NCBI GenBank assembly: GCA_965217585.1
Contig: OZ244561.1
Span: 4,032,001-4,096,000, forward strand
Origin: Candidatus Latescibacterota bacterium
Lineage (GTDB): Bacteria; Latescibacterota; UBA2968; UBA8231
Direction: 5' to 3'
Length of the DNA: 64,000 nt
The notes under the pieces were generated by a model that worked only from the letters and a program-made list of their open reading frames with translations, made no database searches and was not told the origin of the DNA. Of the stretch, positions 18,930-28,645 are shown in pieces. Positions within the stretch are counted from its first letter, which is position 1. Each line of letters starts with the position of its first letter. The position numbers and the translations under genes were made by a program.

Positions 18930-20153
18930 TCACCTTCCTGTGTCCCCGGCAATCAGCCGACCCGAATTCGAGTAGCAAGTTTGTATGATCTGGCTGTGGT
19001 CGCCGAACAATTGGATAAGATGATCACTCGTCCATTTCCGGTACTCAGGTCGTCTCTGCGAACGCGGCACGATCCAGCGTTCGCGGGCCAAGCGAGCAAC
19101 TTTACTGACACTGAGAAGCGATGAAAGGTCAGGGCGGCCTTTGCCGGTACGGAGGAGCTCGGTGGCATTGGACGCCAGCGAGCAGATGAAGACTTCCCGT
19201 CGAATGCCGTGACGGAGCAGATTATCATTGAATCCTAGTGCCTTCAAAGCAGCCCGTGTTGTGCGTAGTCGCCAGTTCGGCCCAGCACCGAACCGGTGAA
19301 GGTCCGCATACGGATGCTCAATTTCACGTAAGTAATCGCGTAGTTCAGCAAACAACTCATCAGGGATATGAAAATGGCCCCACCCTCTGGTGTAGCCAAT
19401 GGAACGAAAATACTCCGTTTCTCCCAATTTTAGCCTATTATAAACTGAGGAACGTCCCATTGAAGACGTAGTCGTCACTGCGAGAAGACGTGCCTTCTTC
19501 TGTTTCTGGGATATAATGCCGACTGTCGCACCGTATGTTTTCATAAAGTCTTTATATATCTTTTGGGTCCGGATGAGACAGGCTACCATCTTTCCACCGA
19601 GTAAGACATTATAAGGCGGTAAGGCACCGAGCACGTAAGCGTCCATGATATTGACGAGGCGTTCTCTGCGGTCATGCGCGTTCCATCCGATCAGGTTATC
19701 GCGGACCGAGAGATTAAAAACCGGATCGCCAATCGCGATCAATCCGATCAGTTTTCCATTATTCTTATCCCACACGAGATACCTGAGACGGCGGCCGAAC
19801 CCATTCGACACCGGAACAGACCAAGTCATGGACGCCAGTCTGAACAGGTCAGATTGCCATGTACCGGCGGATATCCTTTCCAGACGAGGCGATATATTGG
19901 CTGGTTCAATATCTCTTCCCGACGCAAAGTGTTTAATCAGTGCCGAGGCACGTTGTACCAAAAAGTTACGGTTCGCTTCTCGGCGGGCATTTCTTTGCGA
20001 GCTATGAAGTGCTCGTATAACATCTTTGCCTCTACCTTCGACCTCTAGGATGCCCTCGGCTGAGTTTTGAAAGCCGAGGGAAAGAAGATGACAACGTATC
20101 CTCTGTTTGAGGTTGGCTTCCTGTGAATAGATTGGGATAACAGAGCGATCCAT
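18930..20153 (-). CDS. druA: Druantia DruA (DUF4338 family)
   Basis: 407 aa with LFRLASMTWSVPVSNGFGRRLRYLVWD, GDPVFNL, MDAYVLGALPPYNVLLGGK, TTSSMGRSSVYNRL and GYTRGWGHFH, all typical of DruA. Confidence 0.85.
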   Translation of the reverse strand: MDRSVIPIYSQEANLKQRIRCHLLSLGFQNSAEGILEVEGRGKDVIRALHSSQRNARREANRNFLVQRASALIKHFASGRDIEPANISPRLERISAGTWQSDLFRLASMTWSVPVSNGFGRRLRYLVWDKNNGKLIGLIAIGDPVFNLSVRDNLIGWNAHDRRERLVNIMDAYVLGALPPYNVLLGGKMVACLIRTQKIYKDFMKTYGATVGIISQKQKKARLLAVTTTSSMGRSSVYNRLKLGETEYFRSIGYTRGWGHFHIPDELFAELRDYLREIEHPYADLHRFGAGPNWRLRTTRAALKALGFNDNLLRHGIRREVFICSLASNATELLRTGKGRPDLSSLLSVSKVARLARERWIVPRSQRRPEYRKWTSDHLIQLFGDHSQIIQTCYSNSGRLIAGDTGR

Positions 20154-20248
20154 TTACTTTACCCATATCATGTAGAATTGATTACTCGAAAAATATCTGC
20201 GGCAACAGGTCAAACCCAGATACTGCGACACCTTTCGGTCATCCGGCA

Positions 20249-21102
20249 CCCTACCTCCCCCACTCCTCCTCCGGCACCTCCGAATAATCCTGCGGCTCGT
20301 ACCCAATCGCCTTTTTCCCGTGTTCGACGTCGTAGAGCGGCCAGTTGCTGCCCGACACCCCAAAGACGATTTCAAACTTTACGCCCGGATGAATCAGCGC
20401 CTGCTCAAAAACCCGCACGCAATCGCCATGGCTGAGGTTGTGTGGATGTTCGGGCTGGTCGCGCTCGAGGTTGAAGTTGCCGATGCGCACGCAGACAAAT
20501 TCCATGTCGTGCTGATGGGCAAAAGAGTGGGCCAAAGCCTCGCCGAAGATCTTGCTGACCGTGTAGATACCCACCGGAGTAGTAGTCATATCGACCGTGC
20601 GGTGGATGCTGCGCGGATAGAGGCCCAAGACCCCGGCGCGGCTGGCATAGGCGACGCGCTTGACGCCGTTTTGGCGCGCGGCCTCAAACACGTTGTACGT
20701 GCCGATAAAGTTGCTCTGCAGCATCGTCTCCCACTCGTTGCCACCGGGCAGACCCCCAATGTGGGCAACGGCGTCCACGCCGCGCGTGGCCTCTAGCATA
20801 GAATCAAAGTCGGTGAGGTCAGAAACGACCGTATCTGTGAGATCGGGCATGGGCACGCGGTCGTGGCCGCGCACCTCGTGGCGATCTTTGAGGCCGCGGG
20901 CCACGTTAGAGCCGACGCTGCCGGCCGCGCCGGTTACGAGTATGCGCATGGTACGCTCCTTTCTTTAAGCTCGGTGTAGGGTGATAATCGGGGCCTCGGG
21001 CGGGCAGCCGAAGCGGAAGGGCATCCAGTGCCCAACTCCGGCTGTGGTGTAGAGCTGGGTGCGGCCCTTTTCGTAGTGCCCCCAGATATAGCGCTCGGGA
21101 AA
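20249..21102. repeat. About 850 bp imperfect direct repeat, copy 2
   Basis: Colinear with 7258-8111. Confidence 0.93.
20251..20949 (-). CDS. NAD(P)-dependent epimerase/dehydratase, copy 2
   Basis: TGAAGSVG and YTVSK motifs. Confidence 0.88.
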   Translation of the reverse strand: MRILVTGAAGSVGSNVARGLKDRHEVRGHDRVPMPDLTDTVVSDLTDFDSMLEATRGVDAVAHIGGLPGGNEWETMLQSNFIGTYNVFEAARQNGVKRVAYASRAGVLGLYPRSIHRTVDMTTTPVGIYTVSKIFGEALAHSFAHQHDMEFVCVRIGNFNLERDQPEHPHNLSHGDCVRVFEQALIHPGVKFEIVFGVSGSNWPLYDVEHGKKAIGYEPQDYSEVPEEEWGR

Positions 21103-22215
21103 AAACGGCTCAAAAAAGCTGCGGCCAGCCATGCCTAGCTGGAAACCATGCGTGTGGCCGGCCAGAATCAGGTCGGTGCCACCGAGGGGCGCGGCGTAGT
21201 CGAGGGCTTGCGAGCGGTGGCTCAGCAACACGGTGAAGGCATCGCTCGGCGACGCGCTTACGGCCTTTTCCACTGAGTTGCGGAGTTGCGCGTAGGACGC
21301 CGGACTGCGCAGGAAGCGCGGGTCGTCAACCCCGCCGAGGTAGAGAGTCGCCGCGCCCACCGGTACCGCCAGCCCCTCATTCACGAGCAAGGGAATCGCA
21401 GTCTGGTCGAAATGCCGGCGGATGCGGCGGACGCCGCGCATGTACTCGTGGTTGCCCAAACTGGCGTAGACCCCAAGCCGGGTCGGAACGCTTTCGATCA
21501 GGCGCAGGGTCGCCAAGTACTCTGGGTTGTGGTCGCATATATCGCCGGTAATCACGATCAAGTCCGGTGCAGCTTGAGCCGCGCGCGCGAGCAGAGCTTC
21601 AAGGTCGGCAAGTTGGACGTACGGCCCGATGTGTAGGTCACTGAGATGGAGAATCTTCAAGTCCTCTAGCTCAGCGGGCAGGTCGGGATAGCAAAGCGGC
21701 ACCGCAGGCATGCGCGCACGAGTGCAGGAGGTATAGATACCGTGGCTAACGCCCGCCGCCCCAAGAGCGGGTACCACAGCGAGGCCGCGGCTGAGGAAGC
21801 GCCGCCGCTCAAACGAGCTAGGCCCCTCCGTCCCCCCTTGCCGCAACCGATCGTAGAGCAAAACGCCCACGACGACCGGCGTCATCAGCAGTGCGGCGAT
21901 AAAGAAGGCCCCGAGGTAAAGAGTGAGGGCCGAGAACAGACTCGTGCCGATAGCCCACAGCCAAGGCACATCGTAGTAGCGGCTCAGAACGCGGAACACC
22001 GCGCCTAATAGGGCCAGTGGAAACTGCCAGTAGAGCAGACGGCGGAACCAAGCGACGCGCCACCAGTGCCGATGCACCCCAGCGACCAAGGCCAGCGTTG
22101 TAAAATAGAGGATGACGTACGCCGCCGTGGCGAAGATGAGAAAGCGCGGAATCCCCGCCACTAGGCGCTCGAGCGATGCCCACAGCAGGGCGACGTAGGA
22201 AATGAGCTCCATCAT
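20965..22215 (-). CDS. Membrane-anchored metallophosphoesterase (YkuE/YaeI-like)
   Basis: N-terminal TM helices, then HLSDLH, TGDICD, LGNHE, LLSH and AGHTHG motifs; start moved to ATG at 22215. Confidence 0.88.
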   Translation of the reverse strand: MMELISYVALLWASLERLVAGIPRFLIFATAAYVILYFTTLALVAGVHRHWWRVAWFRRLLYWQFPLALLGAVFRVLSRYYDVPWLWAIGTSLFSALTLYLGAFFIAALLMTPVVVGVLLYDRLRQGGTEGPSSFERRRFLSRGLAVVPALGAAGVSHGIYTSCTRARMPAVPLCYPDLPAELEDLKILHLSDLHIGPYVQLADLEALLARAAQAAPDLIVITGDICDHNPEYLATLRLIESVPTRLGVYASLGNHEYMRGVRRIRRHFDQTAIPLLVNEGLAVPVGAATLYLGGVDDPRFLRSPASYAQLRNSVEKAVSASPSDAFTVLLSHRSQALDYAAPLGGTDLILAGHTHGFQLGMAGRSFFEPFFPERYIWGHYEKGRTQLYTTAGVGHWMPFRFGCPPEAPIITLHRA

Positions 22216-22222
22216 CCGCGCT

Positions 22223-25200
22223 TTAGGACGCCTCGTGCTCAGTGCCCAAGCGCCACCACAAGCAGAAGACCACCAAAAGAGCCAGCAGCAACAGGATGCC
22301 GGCTTGCAACTGATAGGCTGGAGCGGCCAGCGCGCCGAGGCTCTTGACCTCCGAGAGCACCGAGGCAAATCCCAATAACACGTACGCGAGGAGGTTGTTC
22401 CGCAAGATCAAGACGATTGCGGCTACGACGAAGCCAACGTTGGTGACAAACGTCAACAACTCAAAGAGGAATTCGTCGAAGTGAACGGCGTTGCCGCCGG
22501 ACACAATCAATCCCACCCCCAAGCCCGCCACGACTGCGTAGAGCCTCTTTTTTATTACGACGCGGCTATAGTAGAGCACCAAGCCCGCGATAATCGGGGC
22601 GAAGATGGCCCCCATTGCGCCGTCGGACAGGGAATTCCAAAAGGGCAGATACTGATCCAATGCAGAGGGTAGCCCAAAGCCGAGACTCGGGTCGGAGGCA
22701 ATGAATCGGCTCTCTACATAGCCGCGCAAGTGCTGCCACGCCTCTCTGGCGATGAGGATCAGCGCAACCCCGACGACCGCGTCGCGGAATTCGGGCACGC
22801 GCCGCGCAGCCCGCAGACGCGCCGGCCAGTCTGGATAGAGGCTGGTGGCCAAGCCGAGGGCCGCGAGAATCATCAAGCCGACCCCCAAGCTGCCCAAAAC
22901 GAAGCTAAGTATCTGGGTAATGGTAAAGATCGACAGCGTGAGGCGGGTGTCATAGGCGCGTTCGACAACCGACAGGCCATTGAGAAAGTCGAGTAATAAG
23001 AGAGCCGCACCAATCGCGGCGATTTTGACCAGCGGTGCCCAAGCTATACCCTCGTTCCGCACGCGGCGCACGAGCAGCCACAGGCCGTGCAGCACCACGG
23101 CGGCAATCAAGACGATGAGCAGGCCGGAAAGCGCGGTTTTGAGCGTGGTGCTCTCCTGGCGCGCACGCCGCCAATCCTCGGGCACTTTGAGGTAGCGATA
23201 GATAGAAACCGGCTCGTCGCCGGCCACGTTGACCCGCACCCGATAGCGCAACTCATCGACGTTGCGCTCGTCGCCCTCAGCAGCTTCAAAGACGAAGCGG
23301 TGATCGCGGCGGTTGGGCAGCTTTTCCGACGAGGATTCCTTGAGTTCGAGGTGATCGACGTCAAAACCGTAGGTGCGCAGGTGATCGACAGCCATTACCT
23401 GGGCTTGTGCCTCTTCAAGGTCGGCACCCTCGGCCTCTTCGGCCAGCAGGTGGTTTATGCTGTAGAGAGAGCCGTCTTCTGGATGGACGGCGACTCTGTA
23501 TTCCTCCTTTTCTCCGTAGCGGAAAAATCGCGTCACCCACAAGCTGGCCAACAGATCTTCTTGGTATAGGCGATTGACGACGGCCACCGAGTCGCGCTCT
23601 AGCATGTACCGGATCGCCATCGCGTCCGGTTGGTTTTGATAGTAGGTGACCACCTCGTATGCCGAGGCATCTGCTCCCGTCGCCTTTAGATGCTCGATGG
23701 CCTTGGCCTTGGCCTCGGCCTGAGTCAGGTGGACATCGACAAAATCGAGCGGCTTTTCGTAGTCGAGGGCGAAAAAGCCCAGCGAGGCCACGACCACCGC
23801 GGCAGCCCAACCCATGCGCCGCTTAGAGAGCGGGGTATAGGCAAACGTCGGAGCCGGGGCGGCGGGCTGTTGCGCTGTAGGCTCGTCCGCGCCGGCTTCC
23901 GGGGCTGCGGGCGCAGCGCTTTTGTTGAGCAAAGGCGTTGGGTCAGCGAAGCGGCGCTGCCGCACGTAGAGGACGAGCGCTACCGCCAAGGGCAACAGCA
24001 TCAGGCCCACCGACAAAGCCGCTGAAACGATGAAATAGCTATTGGACGAGCGGAAGAGGATTAAGGACGTGTACAGGGCGTCAATCGTGTAGTGCCACAC
24101 GAGAGGGGCAAGAATCCCGAAGCGAAGAAAAATATAGCCGACGACAATACCGGCGATGCCCACCTCAATACCGCGAATGTAAAAGGGCTGCTGCGGGTAA
24201 TTGGCATGAGCAAATCCCCATATAAGACCCGCGATGACGACCGCAACCCAACGGAACTTGAGGTATTTGTGCAGGAAGGGAATCGAAAATGCCCGGGATA
24301 TAAACTCCTCGGAGACCGCGGGCATAAAGCCGATCAACAGCACCATGATCCACGGGATATACGTGTTGACCATCTCGCTGTAGGGAATGTCCGCCGGGCC
24401 CCAAGCGCCGACCAACTGTTCGGCCGTGATGTAAAAGAGCACCTGGTAGGCCAAGAAGGCGGGGGTCATGGCCAAACCGAGAATAGTGCCGAGGAGAAAG
24501 CGCTTGGTGCGCAGGCCCGCTGGCGTAAATTGGCCCCCAATCTGGATCTGATTCGCGTAGTAGCGTCGGTACAAAGGCTCGGCCGCCGCCGTGAGAAAGA
24601 AGATGAAGATACCTTGGACGGCGGCGGCGAATAGACTGTTGAGCAGTTGCCCCGTCAAAAAAGACCCGTATGTATCGGTCGTGTCGTAGTCAAACGCTGT
24701 CAGCGGCAGGTTGTTGAGTTGGGCCAGCAGCGTCAGGACCGCAGCGATGGCCCCGAAAATCGCGGCGGTCTTCCAGCGGATGTCTCGGGCGCGGACGCCG
24801 ACAAAGAACGAGACCAGCATCGCCAGTATGGTTAGGATGAGTAAGGTCAGAGCCACCAAACCCGTGGTCTCATTGCGCGACTGCAACTCGGCGAAGTCGC
24901 GCTCCCAAGCCTCGGGGATTTTGAGATACTCGCCAAAGCCGCCGATCTGGTCGCCTTGCAGCCGCACGTAGAAGCGGTAGTAGGCCTCGCCAACGGCAAA
25001 GTTGCGCAGTTTCCAGCTAAAGGTGTGGTCGATGCGGTTAGGTCGTTCCTGAGTCTGGACTTCTACGAATTCGAGCGCGGCGAGGTCGCGGCCAAGCTCA
25101 GCGGTGAGAAAGGACTCGGCCAAGCGGCGGGCTTCGGCTTCTTCGAGGCTCGCGCCGGGCGCTTCTTCCTCAATGAGATGGCTAAAACTGACGAGCTCGC

Positions 25201-25576
25201 CAGAAGTCGTAACCGTGGCCTGGAACTCCTCCTTTTCCAGCTGACGCACCCAGCGATTGCTCCAGCGCCACAACTGCACGGGATCGCCGATGACCTGCGT
25301 GGCCCCCTCGAGGCCCAGCTCGCGCTCGAGAAAGGTCTTGGTCTGGTTATCGTAGCGAAAAATGGCGCTGTGGCGGTAGGCGGCGAGGTCAAAGCCGCGA
25401 GCGGCGAGAAAGTCGGCCGCCTGCTCCTTCGCCTCATCGCGGGTGACGCGAAAGTCGATTGAGGCTTCGGGAAAGGCCCGGTAGAAGTAGTGGACTCCAA
25501 CGGCCAAACTAACGGCGGCAACGAGCACGCAGCCGCCGATGAAGGCGAGGTCTTTTCTCGTTAGTTTTATTTCCAT
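22223..25576 (-). CDS. Large CPBP (CAAX/Abi) family intramembrane metalloprotease with internal duplication
   Basis: 1117 aa with many TM segments; SEEFISR, WGFAH and VWHY CPBP motifs. Confidence 0.8.
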   Translation of the reverse strand: MEIKLTRKDLAFIGGCVLVAAVSLAVGVHYFYRAFPEASIDFRVTRDEAKEQAADFLAARGFDLAAYRHSAIFRYDNQTKTFLERELGLEGATQVIGDPVQLWRWSNRWVRQLEKEEFQATVTTSGELVSFSHLIEEEAPGASLEEAEARRLAESFLTAELGRDLAALEFVEVQTQERPNRIDHTFSWKLRNFAVGEAYYRFYVRLQGDQIGGFGEYLKIPEAWERDFAELQSRNETTGLVALTLLILTILAMLVSFFVGVRARDIRWKTAAIFGAIAAVLTLLAQLNNLPLTAFDYDTTDTYGSFLTGQLLNSLFAAAVQGIFIFFLTAAAEPLYRRYYANQIQIGGQFTPAGLRTKRFLLGTILGLAMTPAFLAYQVLFYITAEQLVGAWGPADIPYSEMVNTYIPWIMVLLIGFMPAVSEEFISRAFSIPFLHKYLKFRWVAVVIAGLIWGFAHANYPQQPFYIRGIEVGIAGIVVGYIFLRFGILAPLVWHYTIDALYTSLILFRSSNSYFIVSAALSVGLMLLPLAVALVLYVRQRRFADPTPLLNKSAAPAAPEAGADEPTAQQPAAPAPTFAYTPLSKRRMGWAAAVVVASLGFFALDYEKPLDFVDVHLTQAEAKAKAIEHLKATGADASAYEVVTYYQNQPDAMAIRYMLERDSVAVVNRLYQEDLLASLWVTRFFRYGEKEEYRVAVHPEDGSLYSINHLLAEEAEGADLEEAQAQVMAVDHLRTYGFDVDHLELKESSSEKLPNRRDHRFVFEAAEGDERNVDELRYRVRVNVAGDEPVSIYRYLKVPEDWRRARQESTTLKTALSGLLIVLIAAVVLHGLWLLVRRVRNEGIAWAPLVKIAAIGAALLLLDFLNGLSVVERAYDTRLTLSIFTITQILSFVLGSLGVGLMILAALGLATSLYPDWPARLRAARRVPEFRDAVVGVALILIAREAWQHLRGYVESRFIASDPSLGFGLPSALDQYLPFWNSLSDGAMGAIFAPIIAGLVLYYSRVVIKKRLYAVVAGLGVGLIVSGGNAVHFDEFLFELLTFVTNVGFVVAAIVLILRNNLLAYVLLGFASVLSEVKSLGALAAPAYQLQAGILLLLALLVVFCLWWRLGTEHEAS

Positions 25577-25664
25577 CTGTCTATGAAGGGTTTTAACTGC
25601 GTAGAGGAAAATTTCGTTCCGTTCAACATAATTAAAAGACTAGGACGCGGACAAACCAGCCGCA

Positions 25665-25693
25665 TTGACGCGCACAGCGGCATTTTGCAGATT
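25665..25693 (+). promoter_or_regulatory. Putative sigma70 promoter
   Basis: TTGACG-17 nt-CAGATT about 40 nt upstream of the gene start at 25736. Confidence 0.3.
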
Positions 25694-25735
25694 CGCGGTC
25701 TTAAAAACCTTTAACAGATAACAGAGGAGCACACT

Positions 25736-26755
25736 GTGGCAGCAAAAAAACAAGAGCACTTCCGCGTAGGTGTCATAGGCTACGGCGGCGCGTTCAATAT
25801 GGGTCAGTTGCACTTGACCTCCATGGCCAAAAACGAAGGCGTGGAAGTAGCTGCGGTCTGCGAACTGGATGCTGAGCGGCGTCAAGTAGCGGCAGAGGAC
25901 TTCCCCGGCATCAAGACCTACGGCCGCGTCGGCACCATGCTGCGGAGCGCGAACTTGGACTTGGTAACGGTCATCACCCCGCACAACACGCACGCCAAGC
26001 TAGCGGTGCAGTGCCTCAATGCCGGGGTCCACGTAGTGTCCGAGAAGCCCCTCGCCATTACCAGCGCCGAAGTCAAGCGCATGCAGGCGGCGGCCAAAAA
26101 GAACAAGGTCCTGATCTCGACATTTCACAACCGGCGCTGGGACGGCGATTTCGTGGTGCTGCGCGATCTAATCCTCAAAGAGCAAATCATCGGTCCCGTC
26201 TTCCGCATCGAGGCCGGATTTTACGGCTACGGCGAGCAGGGGACTTGGTGGCGCTCCAATCGCAAAATCTCCGGCGGAGCCGTCTACGATTGGGGAGCGC
26301 ATTTTACGGATTGGATTTTGAATATCGTCCCGGAAAAAATCGCCTCGGTCAGCGGCTATCAAATCAAAAATCCCGCGTGGAAAAAATACGACAACGAGGA
26401 TCACTCCGAGTACACGCTGCGCTTCCAAAGCGGCTGCACGGTCACCCTAACAATGTCCAACCTGTCGATGAGTCCGCGACCGCGCTGGCGGGTGCTGGGC
26501 ACGCAGGGCGCGATCGAGGATGCGGGCGGCAAGTACCTCGTCAAGACGATGATCAACGGCCGCCAGATGAGCACCGAGGTGTCCTTCGCCGAGTCCAACT
26601 GGGACGCTTATTACGAAAACGTTTTCGCGCACCTACAGGGCCGCGCCGACCTCGTCATTACCCCCGAATCCGCAGGCCGGGTAATCGGCGTACTCGAAGC
26701 AGCCAACATTTCGGCGGCGCGCGGATCGGTGCCCATCGCGCCAGCCTTTGTCTGA
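25736..26755 (+). CDS. Gfo/Idh/MocA family oxidoreductase
   Basis: VGVIGYG, HVVSEKP, FHNRRWD, GGAVYDWGAH. Confidence 0.9.
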   Translation: MAAKKQEHFRVGVIGYGGAFNMGQLHLTSMAKNEGVEVAAVCELDAERRQVAAEDFPGIKTYGRVGTMLRSANLDLVTVITPHNTHAKLAVQCLNAGVHVVSEKPLAITSAEVKRMQAAAKKNKVLISTFHNRRWDGDFVVLRDLILKEQIIGPVFRIEAGFYGYGEQGTWWRSNRKISGGAVYDWGAHFTDWILNIVPEKIASVSGYQIKNPAWKKYDNEDHSEYTLRFQSGCTVTLTMSNLSMSPRPRWRVLGTQGAIEDAGGKYLVKTMINGRQMSTEVSFAESNWDAYYENVFAHLQGRADLVITPESAGRVIGVLEAANISAARGSVPIAPAFV

Positions 26756-27077
26756 GCAAGTGCTGCCCCGCCTCAACCCATCGGCGCAACTGTCCGCGCT
26801 CTTGGGAATCGGCTGCCGCTCTGGAGCCACGGTCGTCGGTCTGTCGGCCGTGCGCCGCGCCAAGGGACTAGCCTTTGTATTTGCCAGCAGCGACCTTGCC
26901 CAGCGGACGCTGCGCGAGCTAGCTCGCTTGGAGCGCGGAGGTACGCGCGTCTTTCAAGTACAGGCAATGGAAGTGCTGACTCAGGGCTTTGGCCGCGAGG
27001 ACGCCCAGGTGATCGGCGTTTTGCGCGGCGACTTAGCCCGCGGGTTGGCCAAGCACGTAGAGGAGCAAGAATCGTGA
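26748..27077 (+). CDS. L7Ae/L30e-like (YlxQ-like) RNA-binding protein
   Basis: LLGIGCRSGATVVG...VFASSD...GREDAQVIGV...LARGL pattern, 109 aa. Confidence 0.6.
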   Translation: MSEQVLPRLNPSAQLSALLGIGCRSGATVVGLSAVRRAKGLAFVFASSDLAQRTLRELARLERGGTRVFQVQAMEVLTQGFGREDAQVIGVLRGDLARGLAKHVEEQES

Positions 27078-27550
27078 CGTCCTGGGAAATCGAACGCAAG
27101 TACCTCGTAGCTGACCGCTCTTGCCTCGACCAGTTAGAAGGCGTCGCCTTCCGGCAGGGCTACATCCCCATCCAAGACGGCGGGGTGGTGCGCGTGCGAA
27201 TTGAAGGAGAGCGGGCGGTACTCACGCTCAAGGGGGCGACTAGCGGCATATCGCGCCGCGAGTACGAATACGAAATCCCGCGCCAAGACGCCGAGAGCAT
27301 CCTAGCAACCCTGTGCCAGCGGCCCCATATCGAAAAGACGCGCTATACCTTGCCTTGGGCGGGCAAGGTATGGACCATCGACGTATTTGCTGGCGAAAAC
27401 GAGGGGTTGGTGCTCGCCGAAGTCGAGCTGAGTAGCCAAGACGAGGCTGTGGAGAAACCGCCTTGGGCCGGCGTCGAAGTATCGGACGATCCACGCTATT
27501 ATAACACCAACCTCGTGCGCAATCCCTATTGTAAGTGGGGGGACGGTTAG
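27074..27550 (+). CDS. CYTH domain protein (triphosphate tunnel metalloenzyme)
   Basis: EIERKYLV, RQGY, VRVR, EYEYEI, EKTRY, LAEVEL. Confidence 0.92.
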   Translation: MTSWEIERKYLVADRSCLDQLEGVAFRQGYIPIQDGGVVRVRIEGERAVLTLKGATSGISRREYEYEIPRQDAESILATLCQRPHIEKTRYTLPWAGKVWTIDVFAGENEGLVLAEVELSSQDEAVEKPPWAGVEVSDDPRYYNTNLVRNPYCKWGDG

Positions 27551-27570
27551 GAGTGGTTCACGCTGTCATC

Positions 27571-27601
27571 CTATTCTGCGTCTATCTGCGTCCATCTGCG
27601 G
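27571..27601. repeat. Three 10 bp tandem units (xxxATCTGCG-like) between convergent genes
   Basis: CTATTCTGCG TCTATCTGCG TCCATCTGCG. Confidence 0.6.
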
Positions 27602-27664
27602 ATCATCTTAAAGTAATGTAGGGTTGCTATAACGGATCGGGACTAACCACTAATCCGACCGCTT

Positions 27665-28534
27665 CTATCCCTCAAAAAGCATGCTCAGATCCAACGCCGG
27701 TGCCGAATGCGTCAGGGCACCGATCGAAACAAAGTCCACACCAGCGGCCGCAGCCTCGCGCACAGTCGCCAAGGTATAACCGCCGGTGGCCTCAATCTCA
27801 ATGGCGGGATTGGCGGCGCGGATGAGCGCTACGGCCCGGCGCATGGTCGGCGCGTCCATATTGTCGAGCAGAATGCGGTTCGGGCCGCCCGCAAGAGCCT
27901 CCTCAACCTCCCCGATATTTTCGGCTTCTACGTAGATCGGCGCTGCTTGGCCCCGTGCCTCGCGGATGGCAGCGCGGACGCCGCCAGCGGCTGCGGCGTG
28001 GTTTTCCTTGATCAGCACGGCGTCGTACAGGCCCATGCGGTGATTGACGCCGCCGCCCAAGCGCACGGCCCACTTCTGTAAGTGCCGCCAGCCCGGGGTG
28101 GTTTTGCGGGTGTCGGTGATGCGCGTGGCCGTGCCGGTTAGGGCCTCCACATAGCGCTGGGTCAGGGTGGCCACGCCTGAAAGCTGTTGCAAGAAATTGA
28201 GCGCGGTGCGCTCCCCAGCTAAAAGCGAGCGGGCGCGGCCCTGCACGCGGACGAGGGTCTGGCCTGCTGCAACCTCGACTCCGTCGGCGACCTCGGCGCA
28301 CGCGGCAATGCTCCCGTCGAGACGGGCGAAGACCGCACGGGCAACCTCGATGCCCGCGACGACGCCGGCTTGGCGGGCGATGATGCGAGCGCGAGCCTCG
28401 GCATCGCTCGCCACGGTCCAAGCAGCGGTCAGATCGGCTGCTACATCTACAGTGCCGAGGTCTTCCCGCAAAGCTAGCTCGATGAGCTGGTCATAAGCGG
28501 CAGGGGGCAATGGAGCGGAGCGGTTTGTGACCAT
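27665..28534 (-). CDS. nadC: Nicotinate-nucleotide diphosphorylase (quinolinate phosphoribosyltransferase)
   Basis: ERTALNFLQ, DTRKTTPG, NHRMGLYD, LIKENH, ILLDNM, SIGALTHS. Confidence 0.96.
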   Translation of the reverse strand: MVTNRSAPLPPAAYDQLIELALREDLGTVDVAADLTAAWTVASDAEARARIIARQAGVVAGIEVARAVFARLDGSIAACAEVADGVEVAAGQTLVRVQGRARSLLAGERTALNFLQQLSGVATLTQRYVEALTGTATRITDTRKTTPGWRHLQKWAVRLGGGVNHRMGLYDAVLIKENHAAAAGGVRAAIREARGQAAPIYVEAENIGEVEEALAGGPNRILLDNMDAPTMRRAVALIRAANPAIEIEATGGYTLATVREAAAAGVDFVSIGALTHSAPALDLSMLFEG

Positions 28535-28645
28535 TTTGTTTCCCAAAAGAAAGTTGCTGGTTTACAGAGAGTGAAAAATGTACGCAAAGTCTAGTCGCGT
28601 CGCTGACATTAGACAGAAAATGCCCGGCAATCTATGTTTTTTAGT

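Noticed and set aside
8112-20248. Island as a prophage or integrative element with att sites
   Set aside because: No integrase, transposase, phage or conjugation genes, and the flanking repeats are 850 bp diverged genes rather than short att cores.
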